Assembly (NCBI RefSeq): GCF_001194135.2
Contig: NC_068984.1
Coordinates: 68,141,557 to 68,205,556, forward strand
Length of the DNA stretch: 64,000 nucleotides
Reading direction: 5' to 3'
Source: Octopus bimaculoides
Lineage: Eukaryota
In this document: positions 39,695 to 52,274 of the stretch, piece by piece
How positions within the stretch are numbered: the stretch's first letter is position 1
How the letters are laid out: each line of letters starts with the position of its first letter
Notes under the pieces: generated by a model
The model's database searches: none
What the model was told of the DNA's origin: nothing
Seen by the model: the letters and a program-made list of their open reading frames with translations, nothing else
Program-made: the position numbers and the translations under genes

Positions 39695-42056
39695 AATAAT
39701 AATAATAATAATAATAATTTGAATCCTATAAATATTGACTTATTCTTTCATGCTTCTGATGTTCATAATATAAGTGTCAAATATAAAAGTGTGAATGTGT
39801 GTGCATGTGTGTGTGTGTAATGTATAATAAGATGGGTTGTGCAATAAAATAAACTATGTGATTGGTGAGAGTGACACTTAACACTGTATCTTGGCATCAA
39901 TACAAAGCAACTACAAACAATAACCTATCCAGTTAAAAAAAAAAAAACAGGAAAGAAATGCAAACAAAAAAGATAAAGAAACCTTTTGCAATTCTTTATT
40001 TAGTTTTGCTGTCAATACAAGGTGAATTATTGATAATTCTTTATGTATCAGAAAACTCAATAGTGTTCAGTATGTAATCATTCCATCAAAATTATAATGT
40101 TAGTTTGAAAAGAAATTCCTGCTTTTGTTATAAAACTTAGTTGCTTAATCTCTTTTTACTACAGTGTATCTATAAAATAATGTTGACCACAATGCCCTAC
40201 AGTTTATTGAGGAAGCATATTGAACCTTAATATATGTTCTTTACAAAAAAAAGACAGAAAATGTTTGAAAATTATATTACTTATACTGTTTTTTGCTTTG
40301 TTTTTCTCTATCAAGAATCTTGGTTGTAGGAAATTTGATTTAGGTTTACAGAATTTATTTTGACTAAAAGTTAAGCATTGAAAATATATATTTGGCTTCC
40401 TTTTTTTTTTATTCTTTTGTAAATCCTAAATATATTAGAATGTGGTGGAAGAGAGTAATTTGATAATAAAAATAAATGCTTATTTTTGAGTCTGCTTTGA
40501 TTATCAATACGTTAACATATTGGAATGGTGTATATATAAATATAGTCAAGACCTGTAAGCATTGTCAATGTAATCGATACATTATTTAGGAAAGCAAAAA
40601 CATACAACATAAGAAATGAATGAAATAAAGCCCAAGAAAGAGAAGACTCAACATCTAATAGAGGTTGAAAGAAAAGAGAATATTTGTCAACTCAATTATA
40701 AAACTTTCCTGACATTTGCAACAGAAGCAACATTACTTATTCCTTTTATTATGTAAGAAGAAGTAGGGTTTTGCTTATATTGAAGCACAAAGCATTGTAA
40801 TAAATTTAAGATCTGAATGTCTGTAGCCTATAAGCCAGGAGGATGTACAAAATAATGATAACATGAGGAATGGTAAGTTAAAAGCCTTAATTTGCTTACA
40901 CAGCAAATGTTACACAGCTCAGAGGCTGAGTTGAAAGAAGTAGTCTGTGAAGTGGATAATGTTCAGTATGAAGAGAAACACTATTCCTTCCTGTTATATA
41001 AAATAAAAGCTTTGTTTATCTCTCCACACAGTTAAGCTGACAGGCATAAATGCAATGTCCATTTCTTTGGCCGAAATCCCAGAATGTTCAAAGCTTTGCA
41101 GTTTAGAGCAGAGAAAAACTGAAAGGATGGTCTGAACTAACCGAACCATAACGTAATGCTATTGAAGCTGAGTTCAATAGCTATGCCGTAAAGTAGTCCA
41201 ATTATCAGCAAAGAATCCCCATTTTCTATCTTCCTTCATTCTTTGAGCTAATAAAACTAATTTTTCAAATGAATAAAATACATCATTATCATTTATAACT
41301 CACATTCATCATATCAGACTGCTTATGAACTGGATGGCTAGGAAACATTTTATTTCTGCATTTACTTTCATTTTGGTTATTTCTTTTATTAAATCCATCT
41401 CACTTAGGTTAATCTAAAACTATCTTATTTCAACTTCTCAGTAAGACTAATTTCTAGCTACTAAATATTATCAACAATAGAATTTTCTATCATTGCAGTA
41501 TCATTTGCATATTTTGTAATCGTAGCTATAAACAGCATTCAGTAGCACATTTGCAATGAGCAAAGATTGTAAACCACCTTTATAGATTATTCAAATTCTA
41601 TCCAACACTAAGATATGTCTTGTACATGTAATAAAAATAGATATCCTATTTAAGTACAGAGAACGTAGGTTGTTGACACTATAATATATGGGACAACCTG
41701 CTTAAGAGTCAGAAATTTGTGCTCTTGTCAGCAGCATTAATACATAAGTTCTTCAACTTTGTCTAACTGAGAAGAGATTCTCTCCATTTTTATGGCAAAT
41801 TTCACCACTAGAGGTAAACCACATGTTTGAAATATGTTCAAGATACTTTATTCTCAAATCAATTAATCTACCAAGTCAGTCTACGAATTTGTAGAATAGT
41901 GCCTGCTAGAGGTTATGAGAAATATATCATGACTGCTACTGTCATGACATTTTTTTTTTAAATATACAGTGCCAAAAATTGGATTTTCAGTTTTAGTTTT
42001 TCATGTTCCAAGAAGGCAAAGAAGTTATATTGCAAATAAGAGACTCAAGCCTTTAC

Positions 42057-42059
<3 letters not shown>

Positions 42060-42141
<82 letters not shown>
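42060..42141. repeat. (AG)n microsatellite
   Basis: Directly visible. Confidence 0.95.
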
Positions 42142-42146
<5 letters not shown>

Positions 42147-42954
42147 TGGCATAAAAAACAAGTTGCAGGAAGTTGCTCAGAAGGGAAATTAAACCACATT
42201 GCAATCACTATTTTTTTTTTCATATAGTTTCATTAAACAAAGAAGAGCAATGTTTATAGCCTTTTCCTTTTTCAGTTTTCAGGGCCTGCAAGGTAGAAGG
42301 GAGGAAGGGAGAGGAAGAAGTTATTAGACTAGAGACATCACTCGAATGCTTATAACAGAGTGAACACTTGCCAAAGAAATCCAAAGGTTACGTGGTAGTG
42401 ATGGTGGTAGAATAAATTTAGAAGTTTTTGGGTACTTACTTCTCCTCTGTACTACTATATTAGATTTGTATTATATCAATTGAGGTTCTTCCAACTATTC
42501 ATAATCCAACTTGTACTGAGGAATAGATGAATATTCATAGCTATTACCAGAGCTTTAGTCTCACTCATAAAAAGAGAAATTATTATATAAATATCAATCT
42601 AAGGTGTGTTTTATTTAGTCTCATATGATGAATATTCATACTCATCTCATTTGAAATATAAAAGCGATTTAGCCCTTGGATAAATTTATTAGTTGTTTGT
42701 TGGATATATTTATTAGTTGTTTGCTTGTTTTTATAGATTTAATAACAGGTATTTTCTTTTAGAAATAAAAAACACTATATTCCAAAGATGATATCTCACA
42801 TACCATTTTGGAGCATCAAAAGGGAAGAATATATTGGTATAACAAAGCAGAGCCATTCCCATTTTCAATTATGACCTTGTGACCCCTCCCCCACCTCCAC
42901 CCTACTCCTGGGGAAGAGGATTGGTCTGCAAGAGTCCTGTGCTCATGCCACAAA

Positions 42955-43185
42955 AATAACACTAAGGTTTGATGTCACATAAAGCTGTCATGCGGTACCA
43001 CATTAAAATCAACCAACACATACTGTAAAGTGGTTGGTGTTAGGAAGAGCATCCAGCCATAGAAACCATGGAAAACAAGGCTGGAGTCTGGTGTGGCTCT
43101 TCAGCTTGCCAGCTCTGGTCAAATTGTCCAACCCATACCAGTATGGAAAATGGATGTTAGATGATGATGATGATGATGATGATGT
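42955..43185 (+). mobile_element. RTE-tail repeat (family C)
   Basis: AAAGTGGTTGGTGTTAGGAAGAGCATCCAGCC...TCCAACCCATACCAGTATGGAAAATGGATGTTAGATGATG. Confidence 0.8.
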
Positions 43186-43844
43186 GTTATAATTATGTTG
43201 CAATAGTTATTTTGTTTAACACCCTCTTCTTGACCTATGAGGAAAAGTGCTCCAGCTGTGGCTATCTTATAATGTATTTAAGTATGAGGTATTTAAAATT
43301 ATATTATTCTTTCTAAGAGAGTAAAAATGTGGATGATTTGAGGAAGACTTAGTTGGTATTTCTAAGAAGTGGAGTAACAGCACATGAGTCAATAAATAAA
43401 GTAGTCCCTATATTATTGCTTGACTGGCTTGGTATGGCAGCCAAATACACCTCATATCATATTCTACTATCTTAAAAAAAGATCTGCTGCACAATATATT
43501 CTAGGTTCCCTGGAGATGTAAAAAAAAGACAGTTATCATAATTGAAATACCTTCGACCAATAGGTCTGCTCAATTGACCAGGGGCTATGCCACAACTGCA
43601 TATGGGCAGCCCTTTGTTTATTGGTGTTGTTGTTTAGCTCTGGTCAGCTCTAATGTTGCAGGCCTATGTTCAGAGACTTCCCAACAATGACCATCCAAGC
43701 TGTCCTTCTTTCAAACATAATGTATCAAGAAGTCAGTTATCTGTATGACAGGGGACAAACACAGAGGCAAACACACACACACACACACTTACACATACAC
43801 ACACCAGGTTATTAGTATCGCAATGCCTAAGTGAAGTCTTGATG

Positions 43845-44065
43845 TGTATGTGTGTATGTTTGTCCCCTTTTACAACTGGATAACTGGTGTTGGTGTATTT
43901 ACATCCCTGTAACTTAGTGGCTTGGCAAAAGAGACTGGCAGAATATGTATCAAGCTCATAAAAGAATAAAAATGTAATGAGGTAGATTTGTTTGACTAAA
44001 ATTCTTCTAGGTGGTAACCCAGCATAACTGCAGTCTACTAACTTAAACAAGTAACAAAATGAATG
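43845..44065 (+). mobile_element. SINE family A, 3' half
   Basis: TTTGTCCCC...TAACTTAGTGGCTTGGCAAAAGAGAC...GACTAAAATTCTT. Confidence 0.75.
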
Positions 44066-44166
44066 AATAATACTTCTTTTTTAAATTACTAGGATGCTTC
44101 TAGCATTGCTTTCTGGATGGTCATTGACCATGATAACTCTTGAGTGTGAATTAAATACACATTTTC

Positions 44167-44271
<105 letters not shown>

Positions 44272-44763
44272 ATATATTGTGGATGTTTTTTGTTTTTGTT
44301 TTTGAATTTGCAAACCATTTCCGATATTAATAACAGATGTTAATTCTTCTATAAGCTATATTGTTAAATTTGGCAAGGTAAGCACATAATAAACTAGATG
44401 GATTATATACATTTCATGTGTTGTGGTGTGATACATTAATTCTAAATATCTTGCACATTCACTCTCTTCTTCTTCTCCTCCTCCTCCTCCTCCTCCTCCT
44501 CCTTCTGCTTATTCTTCCTCCTCCTTCCCTATCTCATAAAGACAAGATGGCTTTGTTGCAAAACTCTACAAATGCATTACAGATGTTGATAACATTTTTA
44601 TTGCTGATTCTTGCATTAATTAATTTATGATAGCTGCTAGCTCGGAGTCTAATTAAGTACATTAATTTATTTGTCAATAAGCAAGAATAAAACAAATGAA
44701 TTTACTCTTTCTCTTTGTTGTTAATACACATACATATATTCGTACATAGAGACATAGGTGCAC

Positions 44764-44808
<45 letters not shown>

Positions 44809-44814
44809 TTGGGT

Positions 44815-45050
44815 GTTCCTGTTATCTCTTACTTGTTTCAGTTATTAAACTGCAGTTATGCTGAGGCACTACCTTGAAGTGTTTACTAAAAAGAAATTGA
44901 CTCCAGAACATATTTTTCGGTCTTTTAAGCCTGGTGCTTCTTCTATCAGCCTCTTTTGCTAAGCTACTAAGTTACTGGAATGTAAACAAACCGACTCCAA
45001 TTATTAACTGATGGTGTGGGGAACAAACATTAACACAAAGGCACACACAC
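44815..45050 (-). mobile_element. SINE family A, 3' half
   Basis: CTTACTTGTTTCAGTTATTAAACTGCAG...CTCTTTTGCTAAGCTACTAAGTTAC. Confidence 0.75.
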
Positions 45051-45344
45051 ACATATATATATAATATAAATCATATATACATATATGTATATATAGACTG
45101 CAATTTTTACATATGTATATATGTATATAGCTATCCATTTGTTTATCTCCATTTTTGTGTACCCAACGTTATTTTCGTATTTAATGTTTGTTTACGTTTT
45201 CATGACGTGTATCAATATATGCCTAGCTATATACATATATGCGTATGTATGTACATATGTGTGTCAAGATATGCATATATATTATTTCATTAAACACCAT
45301 GCATCCATTTCCAAGTAAGTTTTTTCAGTATATATATATATATG

Positions 45345-45365
45345 GCAACGGCCATGCTCAAAATG

Positions 45366-45403
<38 letters not shown>

Positions 45404-45567
45404 TCTCTGAGTGGTTGGCGTTAGGAAGGGCATCCAGCTGTAGAAACTCTGCCAAATCAGACTGGAGCCTGGTGTTGCCATCCGGTTTCACCAGTCCTCA
45501 GTCAAATCGTCCAACCCATGCTAGCATGGAAAGCGGACGTTAAACGATGATGATGATGATGATGATA
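45345..45567 (+). mobile_element. RTE-tail repeat (family C), well preserved, preceded by a short inverted 3'UTR piece
   Basis: 45395-45567 is a near-consensus tail. 45345-45370 (GGCAACGGCCATGCTCAAAATGGTGT) is antisense to the 3'UTR. Confidence 0.85.
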
Positions 45568-46158
45568 TATATATNNNNNNNNNNNNNNNNNNNNNNNNNN
45601 NNNNNNNNNNNNNNNNNNNNNNNNNNNNNNNNNNNNNNNNNNNNNNNNNNNNNNNNNNNNNNNNNNNNNNNNNNNNNNNNNNNNNNNNNNNNNNNNNNNN
45701 NNNNNNNNNNNNNNNNNNNNNNNNNNNNNNNNNNNNNNNNNNNNNNNNNNNNNNNNNNNNNNNNNNNNNNNNNNNNNNNNNNNNNNNNNNNNNNNNNNNN
45801 NNNNNNNNNNNNNNNNNNNNNNNNNNNNNNNNNNNNNNNNNNNNNNNNNNNNNNNNNNNNNNNNNNNNNNNNNNNNNNNNNNNNNNNNNNNNNNNNNNNN
45901 NNNNNNNNNNNNNNNNNNNNNNNNNNNNNNNNNNNNNNNNNNNNNNNNNNNNNNNNNNNNNNNNNNNNNNNNNNNNNNNNNNNNNNNNNNNNNNNNNNNN
46001 NNNNNNNNNNNNNNNNNNNNNNNNNNNNNNNNNNNNNNNNNNNNNNNNNNNNNNNNNNNNNNNNNNNNNNNNNNNNNNNNNNNNNNNNNNNNNNNNNNNN
46101 NNNNNNNNNNNNNNNNNNNNNNNNNNNNNNNNNNNNNNNNNNNNNNNNNNNNNNNNNN

Positions 46159-46430
46159 CCTAAAGCTCCACGAGGCTCCGGCAGGGGATGGTGATGAACC
46201 CTGCTGTACTCTTTCACCACAAATTTCTCACACTCTTTCTTCCTGTTTCTGTTGTACCTGTATTTCAAAGGGTCAGCCTTGTCACACTGAATATCTCCGA
46301 GAACTACATTAAGGGTACACGTGTCTGTGGAGTGCTCAGCCACTTGCACGTTAATTTCACGAGCAGGATGTTCCGTTGATCGGATCAACTGGAACCCTCG
46401 ACGTCGTAAGCGACGGAGTGCCAACAACAA
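46159..46430 (+). mobile_element. SINE family D, 3' part (head lost in the gap), young
   Basis: High CpG retention. (ACA)n tail. Homologous to the reverse complement of 51915-52252. Confidence 0.9.
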
Positions 46431-46780
46431 CGTGCACAGTGAAGATAGCTTAATATAAATTTGTCACTAGGGCAGTTTCACATAACATGTAACAGCTTCA
46501 CTTCCATAGGGCTTTACTTTCACCACAACAAAGTTTATAGCATCTTCACTTTAGAGTTTCAATGACAATTACAGTAATAAATCACTTTTGCTTTGTACAC
46601 TTTTGTTTAATGCTCTCCTAACTAAAACCTAAATTTTAAACCTTTCCATGAGCTTGCTGCTATATATGCATGCACTCACATGCATACACAAAGCACACAC
46701 AATTACATTCACACACTTACACACATGTATACACACATATCTACAGATAAATGCTCACACACATATATATACATATATAA

Positions 46781-46974
46781 CCCTTTAGCATTTAAACTAG
46801 TCGTAGCTGGAACAAATATTCTACCTGTTTTATGTTCAAACTGACCAGACCCAGCCTCTTACACTATAATGTCATTCTTGAAATAAACAATCACATCATT
46901 GAAATCTCAAAGCTATGAGATAATGTACAATTAATTGAAATTAATGTGAGCAAATAAGCATTACATTTGACAGA

Positions 46975-46975
<1 letters not shown>
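46781..46975 (+). mobile_element. piggyBac-type MITE, right end replaced by (AT)n
   Basis: Starts CCCTTTAGCATT. The interior is homologous to 7731-7948. Confidence 0.75.
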
Positions 46976-47018
<43 letters not shown>

Positions 47019-47042
47019 GCACACATGTATATACATATAAAT

Positions 47043-47204
47043 CTACAAGTTTTTTATTCTCTCTGTTTATTTTCTCTAATTCCTTTCTGTTGAAGAATGT
47101 AGGCTCGAAACATAAAAGATGGCCATGCTCAAAATGAGTGTCAAACTAATACACCTGCTTATTGTTTATACACCTGTCTTCGTCTTTTGTTTTTCTGTAA
47201 ATTT

Positions 47205-47210
<6 letters not shown>
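47043..47210 (+). mobile_element. Penelope-like terminal fragment with hammerhead-like motif (copy 2)
   Basis: Homolog of 20-183. CTTT-CTGTTGA-A-GAAT-GTAG-GCTC-GAAA-CAT-A-AAAG. Confidence 0.55.
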
Positions 47211-47236
<26 letters not shown>

Positions 47237-49077
47237 CCGTATATTTCAGTGTATAAGATGACATTTTAGAGCCCAAAAATCACACCAAAATTGAGGGGTG
47301 TCTTACATAACAGTAACAAAAAGTGAACTGTACATCTTGTGATGTATTTGTACAGAACACCTGGCCTAACCTTAATTTAATACCAACGACAGCCTTTGTG
47401 CAGTAACTACCGATGTAAGTACTTGTATTTAAAACAATTCACATTATTACATGATACTAATAATGTAGTAGAACTACCATTACCTAAAAATCTACAATCC
47501 ACAGAAAACCTTTTATTTCTCACTAAGATTACGAATTTTAATAAAAAGGATTACAGACCATGTTTCACTAAGATTATCAATTTTAATAAAAATAATACAA
47601 AAAAGATTAAACATACCACATACACATTGTTATTTAGATATGTTTCAAACATTTAATCCTTCAAAATTGCTACAATCATCATCATCTGACCCAAAAAGTG
47701 TGTCAAGCAAATCGTCCTTTATAGTTTCATCATAAGGGTCCCAGTTAGAATCTGGTGAGTCGACTTCGGTTTCATCTTCACTCTCATACATCATATCATT
47801 CTCAATGCTATCCATTGCATTAGAGATACCACATTTGTTGAATGATTTTACTATACTTCCTTTCTTCACGTTTCCCCATGCCTTTATAACAAACTCACAC
47901 AAAACATCCAATGAAGCAGCATGCATAGCTCCATCTTTTGTAAAAGATCTCTCTCCATACAGCATCCAATTGCTCCATTCCTCTCTCCCATTATCTTTAA
48001 ATGGTTTGTTTAGGCTGACGTCTAGTGGCTGCAGTAAAGAGGTCAGACCACCAGGTATAATGGCAATATCAGTATTATTTCAGGATAATCTGGCCTTAGT
48101 GTTTTTTGTAATGTAGCTATGAAACATATCCCAAACCAATAGACTTCTTTCCTTTTTTTCCCACCTGGACACCTGGTCCAAATATTTTCTATCCACAATT
48201 TTACGCCATTCTCATTCATTCATCCTTTTTCATAAAAATGAACAAATACTCCAGAAGGAAAATTTATTTTAGGCTTAGTTTTTCGCTTAAAAATTATCAT
48301 GGGTTTCAGTTTCGTTCCTTTAGCCATGCACAATAATACCACCAGAAACCTTGTCGTTTGACATGTTTCTTAAATTATCTTCGTTCTTTCTCCAATCTCT
48401 TACTATCTTCTCAGTCACATCAAATGTTCTCAGTGCAGCACAATTGTTAGATGTCTTAGCAACTTCAGTAACTTTCAGTTTAAAACTTGCTTCGTATTTT
48501 CTTCCTTTTTTTGGCAGCTCCATGGGTAGGTTGAGTATAAAAAATATTTAAAGAATTGTATCTGGTTGGCAGGAGAGTCAAGAACAGACTGAATCAGAAA
48601 GAAAAAGAAGTGAAAAACTACCATTGTAGTTGAATCGCCTTAGACAAAAGAAGAAGAAAGTTGTTTGTTGATATAATGAGCTCGTCAGTCATCAGCTGCT
48701 TTGAACGTTTTAATTTCAAATAGTTTGGCCGCATGAACATGCCTTTGTTTACGACGTTACAATCAACAGCATTAAAGTAAGAATCTGTTTCATCATCTTA
48801 TACAAATTTATGTTAATACCATATATTGTTTCATGTCTTAACTTTCAAGGATAGAGTAAGTAAAATATCATTTCTAATAACATCGTCTTTAATTAATACG
48901 TGGTATTTTATATGATATGGTAACTTTTACACTGTTGCTTAGGCTATCCTTAAACTTAGGCGAGTTTTGTATTTTAAAGGTCATCTTATACCTCAGATAT
49001 TAGCTAAAGTCATGACTATTTACTCGGATTTTTGGGTCGTCTTATCTGTAGGTTGCCTTATACACCAAAATATATGG
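47237..49077 (-). mobile_element. pogo-superfamily DNA transposon (DD35D, Passer/POGK-like), internally deleted
   Basis: TA|CCGTATATTTCAGTGTATAAG and CTTATACACCAAAATATATGG|TA (18/21 TIR match) with a TA target duplication. Transposase remnants on the minus strand. Confidence 0.93.
47645..48523 (-). pseudogene. pogo-type transposase pseudogene
   Basis: N-terminal Brinker-like HTH: RKYEASFKLKV...VTEKIVRDWRK. A deletion near 48358 fuses it to TRFLVVLLCMAKGTKLKPMIIFKRK. Then LLVWDMF...IPGGLTSLLQPLDVSLNKPFK (35 residues between the two Ds after frameshift correction) and an acidic C-tail. Confidence 0.92.
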
Positions 49078-49165
49078 TATGTATATATATGTATATATAT
49101 ATATAGAAATATACACACACGTGTATATACATGTGTATATATATATATATATATANNNNNNNNNN

Positions 49166-49385
49166 GTGAGTGTGTGTATGTTTCTTCCCACACCAATTGA
49201 TTACTGGTAATGGTTTGTTTACATCCCTGTAATTAAGCAGTATGGTAAAAGAGAGCAAGAGAATAAGTATCAGATTTTAAAATGATAAGTCCTGGGGTTG
49301 GTTTGTTTGATATTAAATCTTTAAGATCATAAGTACCCTACCATGTCTAGAGTTCAATGACTGAAATAAGTAAACAATACAAGTA
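49166..49385 (+). mobile_element. SINE family A, 3' half
   Basis: TTTACATCCCTGTAATTAAGCAG...GAATAAGTATCAG...AAGTCCTGGGG. Confidence 0.7.
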
Positions 49386-49694
49386 AAAAACAAAAAACAA
49401 AATCATTGTGCACCGAGCAGAAAATTAGTAGAGCTGGTAGTACGTTAGATTGAATGCCTTGCTTTTTTTGTTGCAGCTTCCTGCATTCTGAACTCAAATC
49501 CTATCACCATCAACTGTCAATTTTGCATTTTATCTTTACAGAGTTGATATATAAAGCACAAATCAATTTCTCTCTCTCTCTCTCCATGTCTCAGAACTGG
49601 TATGCGTTGTAATACAAGATGGGTCGTAGGGGTATCACTCACAGTGTCCTTTTCTCCAGAAATGGAGAAGTTTTGTGTAGTAGAGTAAAAAATA

Positions 49695-49945
49695 AAGTTA
49701 CCTTCTTGAGCGAGTCATGTCATGCCATAAGGGCTGGTTTCTCAATTTCCATGGTGTATACATTCCCCACCTGGATAGGACGCCAGCCCATCACAGGATT
49801 ACTCATTTTTGCCAGCTGAGTGGTCTGGAGCAATGTGAAATAAAGTGTTTCACTCAAGAATACAATACGTTGCCTGGTCCAGGAATCAAAACCACAATTT
49901 TATGATGATGAGTCTAATACTCGAATCACTAAGTCACGTGCCTCC
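49695..49945 (-). mobile_element. SINE family E
   Basis: Homolog of 17205-17452. Confidence 0.8.
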
Positions 49946-50314
49946 ACAAGAAGTGTTGAGTGAGGTGTTAGCAATCTTTTAGGCAAAATATAAATAGATA
50001 AATAAAATAAAACAAAGCTGACACATTAAAGGAACCATCCAAAGACAACCCACTGTGCAGAACAATTTGATGCACCCTTAGATTTTTAAAACTATAGGGT
50101 AAAATTTGAGGAAGATTCAACTATTATTTTACAAGCAAGATAAATTCAAGATCAGGTTTATGGTTTTTTGATCAACATTTTTTCTTCCTATTTATTCACA
50201 AAAGTGAAATAAAATTTGAAATATATTTTTCTGTGAACGACATATACTTTTGGATAGATAATAAACATTATATTACTATATAAATACACCCAAAACTAAT
50301 ATATACATAAATAA

Positions 50315-50366
<52 letters not shown>

Positions 50367-51914
50367 ACACACACACATACATAAACATATATATGCATAT
50401 ATACATGCGTGTGTTGGGGGGTGCATGTGTGTGTATAGGTTTTCATAAATAATAATGTGTGTATTCATGTATATTTTTATGTGCTTCTGTGTGTATGTAT
50501 ATTAGTGTGTGCTTGCATAACTGATTCAATGTTTTGTTGATGTTAAAATATTTGTTTACTGTTTAAAAATTAATGGCATGGAAGGTGATGTTAATGGTTT
50601 TGTTTTTAAGAACAAGATAAAAGAAAATATTAAAAAATGCTTAAGTTTATGTAAAGCTATTAATTATTTAAAATGTTAAAGGTTCTTTTGTTTGAAATTT
50701 GAAATTTCATATTTATCCACATTGGGCCTTATGATTTACTTGAAAAAAAGTTTTTTTTGCATTTTAAAAACAAGGTATAAATGCATAAATTCATGTCTGC
50801 ATACATACATACTGAAACATATATATCCATTCCTCCATATATATACATATACATACACACATACACCTATAAGTATTCATCCATACATGCACACATAGAA
50901 ACATACACACATATATGTATTCTTACATATACATGCTTATGCACTTAAACATACATGTATGCACAGATATGCTTACTACAAATAAGAGCGTAGTTTATTT
51001 ATAATTTTCCTCTTCTTTCTCATTGGTCGTCCACTTAAAATCGAAATTCAATAATGTTGCATAAATAAATTTTTAAGTCAAGTTTTGCTGCAGGTGAAAG
51101 TGATAAAATATGATTTATTTTAGTGAGAAAATTATAATATCTTTCTTAAGCCTTTTTTTTTTCTATACAATCAACTTATAATGTTTTTCTTTCTCCTCAT
51201 ATTACTTCATTCTGTAGGCTGTTTTTTGTAGCAACTGGATTGTATAAAGCTGTGAAGTAAAATGTAGAAAATTATCCTGCTATTTAATGATTTTTATGAG
51301 AAGAGGGAGTGAAAAAACACATCTAAGTGGTTTGGAATCAGAAATAGAATCTAAGAGAATCTGAAGAGGGAAATTTTAACCTCAATGACTTCCCAGATAT
51401 TCAATACACAATTTCTCACTACTGCTGAATGTAAATTAGTTGTTAGTGTTGTTTTTGTAGTTGTTGGTCAGTCCTGGTTCAGTTCTGGGTAATGCTTTTG
51501 ATACCAGCCCACCTGAGGCCAGTTTGGTTTGTGTGTGCTACAACACTACTCGTTTTTATAATACTCACTTCCAAAATAAAACCTCAGTCATAAAATCATG
51601 TATGAGCATATTTCCATCGACTTAGCAGACCAGCAAAAGAGACCAACAGAATAAATACCAGGCCTTGAAAAAGCGAAAAGCGAAAAAGGCTTAATTTGAT
51701 CTTAAAACATCATTCTAGCTGTTGCTAAACCCAAAATTGTTTCACAAGACTTGCAACTAAGGGTATTCCAGCTATGACCAGCTTATTTGCTTGTACTGTT
51801 TTTAAAAAATTGTTAGGATTGATCCGTGGGAGTTCTGGCAGTTATTTTTAAGCAGGTCAAATAACCACGTAGCTACATAGGGTTGCTTTCACTGGATTAG
51901 AATTGGTATGGTTG

Positions 51915-52252
51915 GCACTCCGTCGGTTATGACGTCGAGGGTTCCAATTGATCTGATCAAAGGAACAGCCTGCTCATGAAATTAACATGCAAGTGGTTGA
52001 ACACTCCACAGACATGTGTACCCTTAATGTAGTTCTCGGGGAATTACAGGCACAACAGAAACAGGAACTAAGAGTGAGAGAAAGTTGTGGTGAAAGAGTA
52101 CAGCAGGGTTCACCACCATCCCCTGCCGTAGCCTCGTGGAGCTTTAGGTGTTTACGCTCAATAAACACTCACAACGCCTGGTCTGGGAATCGAAACCGCG
52201 ATCCTATGACTGCGAGTCTGATGCCCTAACCATTGGGCCATTGCGCGTCCAC
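51915..52252 (-). mobile_element. SINE family D, complete, with a clear tRNA-derived head
   Basis: Reverse-complement head GGACGCGCAA-TGGCCCAATGG (A box)...GGTTTCGATTCC (B box). Confidence 0.9.
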
Positions 52253-52274
52253 GGATTAGAATTGAGTTAATATT

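Noticed and set aside
40825-41130. Plus-strand exon-like segments (PISQEDVQNNDNMRN; QMLHSSEAELKEVVCEVDNV; KLTGINAMSISLAEIP...)
   Set aside because: Several mutually incompatible splice and phase solutions exist, some needing introns under 50 nt. No recognisable product.
41130-41210. HNVMLLKLSS peptide resembling a trypsin DIMLIKL motif
   Set aside because: The catalytic Asp is absent, a stop follows shortly, and there are no other protease motifs.
42439-42515. Minus-strand segment with a strong acceptor and gtaagt donor
   Set aside because: All three frames contain stops. It could only be non-coding, and nothing else supports it.
52178-52252. Possible tRNA gene (A and B boxes, minus strand)
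   Set aside because: The T-stem and anticodon stem do not pair properly, and it continues into the family D SINE body. It is a SINE head.
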